Positions 25,301-36,415 are shown, numbered from the whole stretch's first letter. The stretch: 63,660 nt of DNA, filler included, from Klebsormidium nitens (GCA_000708835.1; 8 parts of 8 records of this genome joined end to end with filler, not necessarily neighbours in it), one strand, 5' to 3'. Numbers and translations are program-made. Notes: generated by a model from the letters alone, not told the origin.

Positions 25301-25389
25301 GTCTTAGCGTATCGCCTAAAGTTCTTTGCCACACATCGAGTACTGCCCCATGTACAAACCATGTCAGAATGTCCACTCTGCTTGGCAAT

Positions 25390-25730
25390 TCAGCCACAGA
25401 CAAAGGTGCTTCGAACTGTGTCATCAGGGATATACGCGAGCGTGACCTGCGCCCTGCTTGCTACCTTGCTGACTTGTTCGTTGAACACCTCAAGCTGCAG
25501 GTGAGACTTCATGTAGTTGCAGTCTCCACAAGCTGCCTTGGTGTTGAGAAGAGTGTAGCCCTGCTTGTTGTCGATCCTGTCAACCCCGTTGGTATGCACA
25601 CCCTCGATGTTCTTCTTCCCGCAGATGTAGCACGGCTGTTGGACGATGTCTTTGAACTGGTCGACAGAGAGCTCGAAGGGACGCCTGCGCTCTTTGGCGA
25701 CCGCTCTGTACACTGCAAACTGCCCTGCCC
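25390..25730 (-). CDS. HNH-like zinc-binding endonuclease domain (giant-virus/phage type); 5' end unresolved
   Basis: YRAVAKERRRPFELSVDQF..PCYICG..NGVDRIDNKQGYT..NTKAACGDCNYMKS: CxxC / DRxDNxxGY / CxxCNxMK pattern. Confidence 0.75.
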
Positions 25731-25770
25731 GGTGGTGGTTCCCAAACAGCTCAGGCGGTTGCGGTTGCAG

Positions 25771-26765
25771 GATTGCGGAAGCGCGAGCAGGAGCAGGCTC
25801 GCCGCAGGGAGGAGGCCAAGAAGGCTGAGGCAGCAGGGAAGCGGACCTGCAGCCGGCATGGCAGCGTGACCCGTGGGTGCTGGGTAGTGCTCCCCAACGG
25901 CTACGAAGGCACCACCTGCCAACCCTGCATCAAGCTGCGCGAGGAGTACAGGGCGTACAAGCAGGCGCAGCGCGAGAAGGAGAGGGAGCCAGAGAAACCG
26001 GAGGACGAGAGTGCGGAAGGTAACTCTTCCGATTCTGTGATCCTGTTGCATGACAATGCGTGCAACCTACATCTTCAGAGGGGCACTGAGCCTGTCCCTC
26101 CTAGGTGGAGGCACGCCAATAGCAGCACGAGTGATCGAAGGTGACCAGGAAAGCTATGGGAGAATCACCCACGCTTCTTGGCCTGATGCCCTTGTGACTT
26201 CTGTTCGTTGCTCGGTGGCTGGAGGTATCTTGGGTGGTACTATTGCAGCAGCGTTGCTAGCATTGGAAAGCCTGTGAGCTGAGCTAGAAGCATGCTGATC
26301 TTAGCTGAACCTTGGAAAGTTTGTTGTATGCCATAACAGCTCGGGATGCAGAGATACAATCAGGCTATCCTGTTGCGAACTTGAACCACTGGAACTGGAA
26401 ACGTTTGAGCTACTGGAAACGTTTGAGCTGCTGGACACATTGGAGCTGCTAGAAACGTTTGAACTGCTGGAAACGTTTGAACTGCTGGAAACGTTGGAAC
26501 CAGTGGACACGTTAGAGTTTGAGGAGGACATCTTGAGTGATACTTTATGAGAGATATATTTTCTGCTTTTGCACGAATGATTCATGCACTGCTCTCTCCT
26601 GTTTGCAGAGGGGGAGACAGTGCACAACCCCGAGGAGGCTGAGGACGGGGAGATCGTGGACGAGGAAGAGGCCGCACCGGTCGCAAGAAAGCCCGGCACG
26701 TGCCTGGCTATCGTGCGGGCGTCCGGTGCGCCCTGCCCCAACAAGGCAGCTGACAACTCCCAGTA
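25771..26765 (+). CDS. Partial spliced gene of unknown function, charged and Cys-containing (exons about 25771-26019 and 26608 to the gap)
   Basis: Acceptor TTGCAG and donor GTAACT flank LRKREQEQARR..CSRHG..TCQPCIKL..; second exon EGETVHNPEE..TCLAIVRASGAPCPNKA follows a TTTGCAG acceptor. Confidence 0.5.
26380..26520. repeat. 18-bp tandem repeat, about 6-7 units; SSSSNV on the minus strand
   Basis: Units CTGGAAACGTTTGA(G/A)CT(A/G).. in tandem. Confidence 0.85.
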
Positions 26766-27329
26766 NNNNNNNNNNNNNNNNNNNNNNNNNNNNNNNNNNN
26801 NNNNNNNNNTTAATTAATTAANNNNNNNNNNNNNNNNNNNNNNNNNNNNNNNNNNNNNNNNNNNNACCCTCCAAATGGGACATCGATTTGAGTTGAGGGG
26901 CCAGTTTTGGCTTAGGGATTTGGGCCGTAAGCTTCTTGACCCGCAATTGACGGGAAAACGACAAAATCTGTGTTGTTGAGGGGGGTCAGCCTTACTTAAG
27001 GACAACATCGAACCCAGTGTACCACCCGGTTTACCTATAGGAACATGTTTTGGGTACCGCGGTATTCAGGAACAAACCTGCTGACACCCGTTGCGCTCCC
27101 GTCGTTTTTTTGGTCAACACTTGCAATCAAGGTGCCAGATGTCCAAATTCACAAGGTATCTTTCCAGAGTTCCAGACCATTAGAGCGCATTTCGCAATTA
27201 ATCAAGCGCCAACGCAGTGAAGGGTGCTGCAAACAGGGTGGAGCAGCAAGCAAGCAAGCAAGCAAGCAGAGGGCATTGCAAACAGAGTGGAGTAAGCAGT
27301 GCAACATCAAAAAGGGGACTGCTTCTGAG

Positions 27330-28480
27330 GGGACTGCTTAGGAAGAAGCGGCAAGCTCAGCTGGGGTTTGAGGCTGCCCGCTTGTTTTTGCGCGACGCTT
27401 GGTTTCTTGGTGCACCTGGATTGAGCACATGTGGCAGAGGGGTCTTGAGGCACCACTTAAGGTACAACACCCGGCAGCACTTCAAATGGTCTGAGCTGCT
27501 GGTTGTATATATATATTTTGCTGCTTCTTTGCGGCTGGCTCTTGGCTTTGAGCAACGCTTAGTTTTTTTGTGCTCTATGAGGCACCACGTAGGAAAAATC
27601 GTTGTTTTGAAGACCTGGCTGATCAACCTACAACCTGCAGCTCAAGGCTTGAAAGCTTTTGTGCAATGCTCAGGGTTTGTTTTTCTTTCTTTCAGGTTTT
27701 TGGTTTCTCTGGCGCATACCCGCTTTTGCAGACTGGAAGAAGCGGCAGCATGTCTGGGTCTTGAGGCACTACTTAGGAAGAAGCTGTAGCACTCGAGGTT
27801 CTTGAGGCACTACTTAGGAAGAAGCTGTAGCACTCTGAGGGGGTCTGGAGGCACTACTTAGGAAGAAGTGGCAAACTCTGAGCTGTTGGTTACATAGGGT
27901 TTGTTTTTTTGGAAGTTGCGGTTTTGTAGTCCCTCGACTGCAGGGCTTTTTGAGGCATCAAAATCTTGGAACCTTTTGCTTTTGTGTGTTTCTTTACACA
28001 TGCTCGGGGTTTGCTTGTTCCTGTAGGTAGGAAGAAGCGGCCAGCACTTCCAAAGGGTCTGAGCAAGCAAAAGGTGGGGGGGGGAGTTGGTTGCATAAAA
28101 CTTCTGGCCAGGGGCTTGCTTTTTATTCAGGTTTTGGTTTCCTTGGCGCATACCCAGGGTCTGGACGGTTTAGCAGGCTGGAAGAAGCGGCAGCACCTCC
28201 GGGGTCTGAGCTGTTGGTTGCATAGGGTTTGCAGAGGGCTATTTTTGGAGGCATCAAATTCTTGGAACCTTTTGCTTTTGTGCAATGCTCGGGGTCTGGG
28301 TTGTTTTTACACATGCTCAGGGTTTGCTTCTTTTCTGTAGGTAGGCGAAGCGGCCAGCACTTCTGAGGCACCACGCGGCAGCACTTCCAAAGGGTCTGAG
28401 CAAGCAAAAGGTGAGGGAGTACTGAGCTTTTGGTTGCATACAACTTCTCGCCCAGGGGTTTGCTCTTTTGCTGCTTTGAA
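27330..28480. repeat. Degenerate tandem repeat array upstream of the KDZ transposase (possible subterminal repeats)
   Basis: Recurring GAAGAAGCGGCAGCA, GAGGCACTACTTAGGAAGAAG (3 close copies at about 27760-27870) and TCTGAGCAAGCAAAAGGTG blocks. Confidence 0.8.
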
Positions 28481-28595
28481 GCATTGACACTCAAGGTTTG
28501 TGCGACGTGCTGAGGGATGATAAGGCAAACCTGAAACAAGCTCAACCATCTGTTTCTTCACGGGTCTGAGAAGTTGCACACACTTTTGGTGCAGG

Positions 28596-31500
28596 ATGAA
28601 GGGTTGGGAGACTGGCGTAACACCCACGGCTGACAACCCTGTCGACCTCGCCTTGTTGAAGAAGGTTGACCTGTCGACCGTCGTCCAGAAGTGCCACTGC
28701 TGTGGCAACGAGCCTTGGAGACGAAAGCCGCCCCCACCTGAACCCCCCAACCCTGACCACATCCCCATAACTGTCAGCCGCACCCCTGGATCAGGCCTGT
28801 TTATCTGCATGGAGTGCACCCCACAGAATACCAGTTCTGGGCGACCCAAATGCCAACCTGGCAGCGACAAGCCCATTCCATACCGCCGCGTCTGGTGCAT
28901 CCCCTGCATTAAGAACATCGACGGAGCTTTAAAGAGCACCTTCAAGCAGGACGGCTCATGGGAGCAGATCCGGTCCAAGTGCTGGCACTGTACCTTATCC
29001 AAGGGCAACTGTCACCCCAAGTGTCCCCAGACTGTGCGCAGCAAGAAGCGGACGGCGGAAGCCCCTCCCACGGCCCCCAAGAAACAACGGACCGTGCTGC
29101 TGGCCCCTCCCCTCCCAACTTGCACACAGATCCAGCGGGACACTGACGTCCAGAAGTTGGCCACAGAGATCCTGAAACAAAACCTCTTCAGCCCCCATCC
29201 TCAAGCCTTTGTCTACTTCATCCCCGATTTCAAGTGTAAGAACGGGACGTTCAAGCTGATCGTACCCAAGGTGACTAACCCCCCAAAGTTCCCCAAACCG
29301 GTGAGCATGTGCCGCCCGAACCAAACCGACGGCGACGGGGTCCTGCGTTGCCCCACGTGTACCGGGGAATGCATCCACATCCAAGTGCTGAAGCGCGTCC
29401 TGGAGCTGACAAAAGCAGGGCGATGCACGCCCCCCACCACCCCCGAGATGCAGTTCGGCCACGCGGGACCCCTGAAGCTCTCCAACGGGCTGACGGAGTT
29501 CTGGGCCGTTGTGGCGGGGAACGAGAAGTGGGTCATGGGGGCAAAGAGAGGCGAGGGCTGGGTCTGCCAGGCGTGTCCAAGCAATCCAAAATGCGGGCAC
29601 ATCTCCAAAGTGACCGGCGAACCTGGCGAGGAGCTAAAACTCTCCAAACGCTACGATCGAGATTCGGCCATCGAGTGGCAAGACATCCCCCTAGAGACCC
29701 CAGTCCCTCCCAAGCCTGACGACTTGAACGTCGACGTGTGCGACGAGTGTCGCCAGAAGTACTCGCACACGAGGGCGATCGGGGAACACCAGTTTGACGG
29801 CTGCTCCCACAAGGGAAAGACGGTCCACGTCTGCACTCCTTCCTGTCAACAATACCCATGCTCCGAACCTCACAAGGCTACACGGGAGCCTCTGATTGGA
29901 GCGGATAACGTCGCCACCTGGCAAAGAGACAAGCTGCTGCGGAAGGCCGCGGAGGGGTATTTTAGCCAGTCACCACCGGTGTTAGAGGAAGCACCCTGTG
30001 GTTTCAACTGGCGGAGACGCACGGTCACTGCAACCATCTACAACGACACGGACTCAGTCGAGGTTGACCTCTGCGTGTGGCACTGTACGAGACTGGGTTT
30101 TAACAAGTGCTGCTCCCTCCAACCCATCCTGAAAGGGTTATACTTTCAGGCGCCCTCACCCGCTCGTTTCAGTCACCTAGTCCTCGTCCGAGCGGTGGCT
30201 GACATGGTCTACAAAGGCGCCACCTTCCAGGGGATCGAGCACGTAGCCAAGCTGGAGGCTAACTGGATGATGGGTGAGTAACTTGTGGTCCTACACTCCA
30301 TCAATGGCAAATTCCTTGTATTGAAATTGGAGTTGAATATGCACGAACTTGTTACTCGATGTGCTTTTCTGATTCTATCAATTCTCTTTGCAGGTGAGAA
30401 GCCGGGGCTGACGCGCCAAGTTCTACAGGGGTACATCCGTCATCTTCTCGCCCGCGAGCCCCGTCCCGCACTCCCCCAGCAACCTTCCTCCAACCCCTGG
30501 ACCCCTGCCATCAGAGAGCTGTTGCGAGAGCGGCCCGACCTCGCCTGCGAGCCCGCCGACCCTAAAGCTCTTGTCGGCCGGACCTTCTGGAAGCTGTTCC
30601 CGGAGGATCAGCAATGGTGGCGTGGGCGTGTCATAGGCCACATGCTGCACACCAGTGCTTTTGAGCTGTGGCCCATGTACCAGGTGGGCCATCTCAATGA
30701 GTCGGTTTGGCAAATGCTCTAGATAGAAGCAGCCATCTGTGCATGTCACCGGATAGCTAAATGCCTACGAAAGTTGCTGACACTTACTCGGTTTCATTGC
30801 AGGTGGTGTACCCTTCGACCCCGTTGAAGGAGAGCGGCAAAGAAGATCCAAACAAGCACGAGAAGATGACGTGGCGGGACCTGCAGCACCGACTGAACCC
30901 GCCCGAGGTTGGGCGCTCACTGATCTGTAACCATCATCACTCTCTTGATTGGATTATACACATGCTGTGATCGAAGTGAAGGAGGGCACCTTAACTGCTG
31001 TTTGAGCTTTTTGCACGCGCCTTACAGGTGCCGTTTGTGGGGGATGACTTTGATCGGGAGTACTGGGGGCCTCACAAACGGAGCTGGTCCCCACCAGGCT
31101 GGGAGGACGAGCCCCCCCCCGCTCCTCAGCCGCCCCAGCTCTCCACCAGCACTGCCCAGCCTTCCTCCCCCGCTCCTGAGCCACCCCAGCCCTCCACCAG
31201 CACTGCCCAGCAGCCCTGGCCGGTTTGCCCCGACTATAAGGCGTATCCAGAGGCCCTCTACATCGACTGCAGAGAGGCGCACATGCGGCACCGCTTCAAA
31301 GACCCTGTCTCAGGACAACCTGTCAACCTCTTGCCCATCACCTACCCCTTTCCCAACCGAGTTGTAACGCCAAACGTCCATCTAGAGGGGGCAAAGCTAA
31401 AGAACACCTTCAAGGGTGCTCCGAAGGTTGTGAAGCAGTCCAAAGTACGCGGTGTCTTGAAGCGGTGGAGTGGTCATGCGCCCGTCACAAAGCGGTACGT

Positions 31501-33744
31501 GGGGAGGACGGTCCAGATCATCCGCACACCCCAGCCTGCCCCTCTAGACGAGGCTGATGTGGAGGTTAGTTCTAGCCCAATTATATTGACTGACTTTGCT
31601 TTCAACGATCTGCATACCGCGTCGTTCTATGAAAGTCTGCCAATGTGCTGCAATTTCTTTCACTCCCATGGAGCTTCATCTCTAGACTGCTGCAACATAT
31701 AAAACCAACCAGGAGCACCGATACCGCGAATTGTGAGAGTTTTAACGCGGGCTCATCGTGCTTTTGTGCAGGTACTGAAGAGGCTCCCATACTGCGTCCG
31801 GGCGTTGATCGAGTATGTCCACAAACCGGGCGAGGTGCCACCCACATGCCCCAACCCTGCCTACGCGTCACTGTTCTACCACCTTGGCTACATCCACAGC
31901 GACACAAACCTCCTCGGCTACGACGCTCAGGACGTCATAGTGCGACTTCTGGTGACTCTCAAGTTATCTGGAGGCCAGAAGTCCATCGAGATCAGTGTCG
32001 AGTCTGATACAATCCTCCACGTCAACGCACCATCCCTGCGACACATCCTTATGAGCTCAATGGCTCCTAAGCAGGCGACGAAGGGTTTCGACCTGAGCGA
32101 CCCGTCCAAGAAGCGGCGAGGCACGGGATATAAAGTGTTGGTCCAGACTCTCAAAGTCCTTGCCCCGCTCCTCCAGCACCTCCTTCATCTGTCCTTTGCA
32201 AACAAGGACTACAACACCTCTTCTCAAGCGTCGGCGATGCTCTGTGAAGCTTTGGGGGTGCCGGTGGGGTATATCTGGTTGGAACCCTTCGCCGCCGGAG
32301 GCTCTGGTGAGGTTTTGGGAGGGCACCCTGTGACCGCAGACAAGGCGCTGAGTCTAATCGGGAAGATCAAGGAGCTGATGTCCGGCCCGTGCCGGGGTAC
32401 TTCAGAGGGGGTCCTAGCCGGGGAGGCCTACGTGGTGAATCAGCACAGGCTGAGCTCCAGCAATGTCTACCACCATGTGTTCCGGGACGTCCCCCAGTTC
32501 GCAGGGCTCGATGCAGCTGACGGCATGTGCCTCGGGGGTGAAAATTGGGACAAGTGCCTCACGGAGGAAGGACGTATTTGCATCCTGCAAGAACAAGGGA
32601 TGAAACTCGACGTGAGGATTCCCCAATCTACCTTTGTAGTGAGAATCTAATTCGGACCCCAAGAAGTGAGGAAGGCATGTATCTGTGTGCAATCGGCAAT
32701 CGACAGGAAGGTTGCAAGAGATTCGCAGTGTCATTCACCTCAAATTGTGTTTATCCTCCTGACGGATGCTTTGGCATCGTGCAGGAGGCCGAGGAGAAGG
32801 TGGCGATCATGTGGGAAGCAAAGAAGAAGGCAGCAAAGGCGGCTGAGGAGAAGAAGGTGATTATTACATGCACTGTATGCCAAAGGAAAGCACTATTATC
32901 AGGAAACATGAGGATGCTTCTGTCGCCTGCCTTCTGTGTGGTTGTCAGCCAGGCAGACTCATGGAACAGATCGCTTTTTACAGAAACCGCCCAAACCCGC
33001 GACGGACGAGACCGCTGGGATCATGGTCGTCACGTGCAAGCATCGCTTCGTGTACTACTATCACGTACTTCTCCGCCACGAGTCTCTACGCGACGTCTTC
33101 ACCTTCCTCGTCACTCGCTTCGAGCACCGTCCTCCACGTTTCATCATCTACGACAATGCGTGCGAGTTGTCGCGCTACTGTGAAGGGGTGAGTTTGCACT
33201 TGGTTGGCTTTTTTCGGAACAACGATACATGTTGAGCCTACATTATGCTGGTGTCTGGCAGGTTTGAGTGAGGCATGTTTCTGATTGGACATCTTGTGCA
33301 TTTGCAGCGCTGGCCGGAGTTCTTCGCCGAGACCACGTTCCTGACGGACCGCTTTCACGGAGTCAATCACCTGTGCTCCATCGAATTCAAGTACCACAAG
33401 CAACGCCTGCAGGGGCGTGAGGAATTTCCGGGGCCAGATCAAGATTCAGTGTCCGAGCTGATCAACAGGCTCATGTCGCGATTCGACAAGACGGAGCAAA
33501 GGGCGAACATCAACACGGGGATGCTGGTTTACGACTACTATATCCAGGTTCACAACACAGACCTCTTGGCGAACTGGCCAAAGATGCGGCAGTCGCAGGT
33601 ACGTCTGAACAACATGTTAGTTTTCCCACCCCCCACTGCAATTTGATATAGGGGATTGATGAACCCTTGCCCTGCCACGACATCACTTCAAACCATCATG
33701 ACGTTCTTATCGCCTTTGTGCAGGGCACCAACATCCAGGGATGA
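28596..33744 (+). mobile_element. Multi-exon KDZ (Kyakuja-Dileera-Zisupton)-type transposase with SWIM-like/CxC zinc fingers and a Tudor-like domain
   Basis: Approximate exons 28596-30273, 30394-30683, 30803-30907, 31028-~31500, ~31772-~32600, ~32787-32858, ~32957-33187, 33308-33598, 33724-33744. C-terminal core TAGIMVVTCKHRFVYYYHVLLRHESLRDVFTFLVTRF..PRFIIYDNACELSRYC / RWPEFF..FLTDRFHGVNHLC..SE; N-terminal CPTC..CIH and CQAC..CGH motifs. Confidence 0.82.
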
Positions 33745-33798
33745 CCTACGATTTCCTACATTGCGGGTGCATACCAGGTGAGATCTTTCTCTGTCCTT

Positions 33799-34257
33799 CT
33801 AAGCGGCGACAACATCGCCTGTATTCTTTCCGTACCACGTGAGAATCTCCGTGTCTCTCGCGACCGTTTTAATCAGTTCCATATAGATCCTGCACTTGTG
33901 TTGCCTCCAACGGGCGTTCTGCTGACGCTCGGTGTCTGCCGCGTTCGCGAAACGGGGGACACTGGACGTCCGCGAGTCCGCACCATCGATCACATGCACG
34001 ATTCTGCCACGTTGCTTGACATCGAACATGTATCCCTTGTCTCCTTTCTTTTCCTCAGCCTCTTTGTCTGTGAGCAGCCTGCCGACGAATTCTCCGATTA
34101 TATACCCCTTTTTCAAACGCCGGTTGCTGTAGAGCCCGCTGCCTTTCACACCTTTGCTCGCCAAGAACCTGCTCCTTTTCACCTTCACATCATGGTCAGA
34201 GTAGCGTTCCGTCACGCCGTGTCGTGTTCGATTACTTGCCTCTTCAAACTTTCCCAT
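33799..34257 (-). CDS. Stand-alone SET-domain (PR/SET-like) putative protein-lysine methyltransferase, about 152 aa; a possible acceptor at about 34279 could add an upstream exon
   Basis: GSGLYSNRRLKKGYIIGEFVG..GYMFDV..IDG..RFANAADTERQQNA..IYMELIKTVARDTEILTWYG: SET motifs I, III and IV with the terminal Tyr kept; uninterrupted ORF. Confidence 0.87.
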   Translation of the reverse strand: MGKFEEASNRTRHGVTERYSDHDVKVKRSRFLASKGVKGSGLYSNRRLKKGYIIGEFVGRLLTDKEAEEKKGDKGYMFDVKQRGRIVHVIDGADSRTSSVPRFANAADTERQQNARWRQHKCRIYMELIKTVARDTEILTWYGKNTGDVVAA

Positions 34258-36415
34258 ACAATAACATGATTTTTTCTTCCTGGAATTGCAGGTGGTGTAC
34301 AGTATCAAGTAGTATAGGAATTGGCGTGTATTGACCAATAAACAATTGACTTGCAGTGACATATGACTTGAATGCATTCAACCACAAAACCACAAAAGGC
34401 TTTGCATCCAGACATGTCAATCCAGCGCGTATCATATTTCAAGCATGCGGGAACCGTTTGCTGTATCTTGTGTTTTCCACATCATATAGACGACTGGTGA
34501 GACATGACCAGCATCATCAGTAGAATTCCTCGTTGTTCCGGCTGGGTCTTGCGATGTCATAGTGAGCATGTGATTACGGCAGTGAATGCGCATGATCTCT
34601 CTGCAATCTATGGCGCTATGAAGAGCATACACGTACTACTCGGCAGATTCCCTCAGTGTGATGAGGACTTTCAAATTGCCACAGTCGCTATTCTTAGAGG
34701 GTTCAGAGCGATCGGTAGTGCAGTCCCCGAATTTCAAGATCTCAATAACGTGTACTGTCAAACACTGTCAAACATTGTCCTCGGTCAGCTGCCAAGGTCA
34801 TGATTCGACTGGATGAACCAGCAAGCTAATTTGGAGACACCTCCACATGCGCATGTGAGAGTCCAGCAACTGATCATCGACGTCTCATTGGAAATATTCT
34901 GGTTGTGGCGTGTCGAACAGTTGCCTGACCTTGAGGACTGCTGTTTACAATTACGAGTGGCATGGCAGTTTGTGAGGGTTGGAAGCTGCTAGGCGGTTGG
35001 ATGGAGGAANNNNNNNNNNNNNNNNNNNNNNNNNNNNNNNNNNNNNNNNNNNNTTAATTAATTAANNNNNNNNNNNNNNNNNNNNNNNNNNNNNNNNNNN
35101 NNNNNNNNNCCCTGAAACGTGACATCATAATCTCGACACGTTGAAAAACCCTAAACCCTAACATGCGATTTCAAAATTTTTTGCAGATTCTGAAAGCGCG
35201 TAAAAAATGTGACACAAATCCATCACAGCAATAGCACCAATAAAAATAAATCAAATCTTGCGAGTTTTGCACCAAAAATGTGATCTTATTTCATACATGC
35301 ATGCATCAATACTAATCGTCACAATACCTTCTTCGTTTGGAGGCCTCCGTTTGGAGGCAGTGATCAAAACACGATGCATGCTACTTAATTCATAAAAAAA
35401 TGGATAGATTTAAAAGGAAAAATTGCATGGAAAATGAACATGCGAATCTAAATTTGATATCGATCGAACTTAATTTGATATCGAATTTATATCTATTTTT
35501 TTTTTGTTCATTGCATGTCCGACAATGAACCACTTTTTTAGGGTTTTAGGGATTTAGGGTTGAGACGGTCTTTGTCGGATCTTAGGGTTTTGAACACATC
35601 ATTATATTTGCGTGGAAGTACATACGCTTTGATGTACGTACAGATCATGTACCGGCCGCTACATGAAACCAAGTGATTTTTTAAATTTCTTAATTGTACT
35701 GTAATCAATGACCGTATTCTAACCACATTATCTTCGGGTCAAAGGAGCCAGGCTGAAGCAGTAGGAGGGTAGGTCTATCATTTGACCGGAGATCGTCGGA
35801 ACAATTGACCGGAGGAGTCGGGAGAGTTCTGTCGATCGTCCGGACGGAAGTTTAATTACTGAGTCAGAATCTAAAAGCGGCGAAATTGTTCGTAATATCT
35901 TCGGCGAGTCTGCGACGGAAAATCATAGGCAGAAAAATAACAATACTTTGTCAATTTTTTGCGGGCAATAAGATAAATGGAACACCTAACCCTTCCGGTC
36001 TTGACCAGAGGGTAATCAGGGCTGCCTGAGGCCGGGAGGCTTAGATGTTCAAGTTCCATCGATCTTATTGCCCTCAAAAAAATGACCAAGTATTGTTATT
36101 TTTCCGGCTGTTATTTTTCGCCGCAGACTCGCCGAAGATAACGAGCAATCTCGTCGGTTTTAAATTTCGATTCAGTAATTCAACTTCCGACCGGACGCGC
36201 AACAGACCGGAGATTGACCGGAGGTTGACCGGTCGAATGACAGACGGACCCTCCAATCGTCCGGAGGGCCCCAACCTCATATAACTGGCATGTGTAAGAC
36301 AGGCTTCGATCCCGCGACGTGGCACAAAAATCATATCGAACATTCAGAATATCTATATGGATCTGCAAAGATATATGCTTGGCAATGAAAAGCAGCAGTG
36401 TACGCTTCTGTAGTA

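Noticed and set aside
27357-28545. Minus-strand ORFs in the repeat array
   Set aside because: Frames are not kept between units; by-products of repetition.
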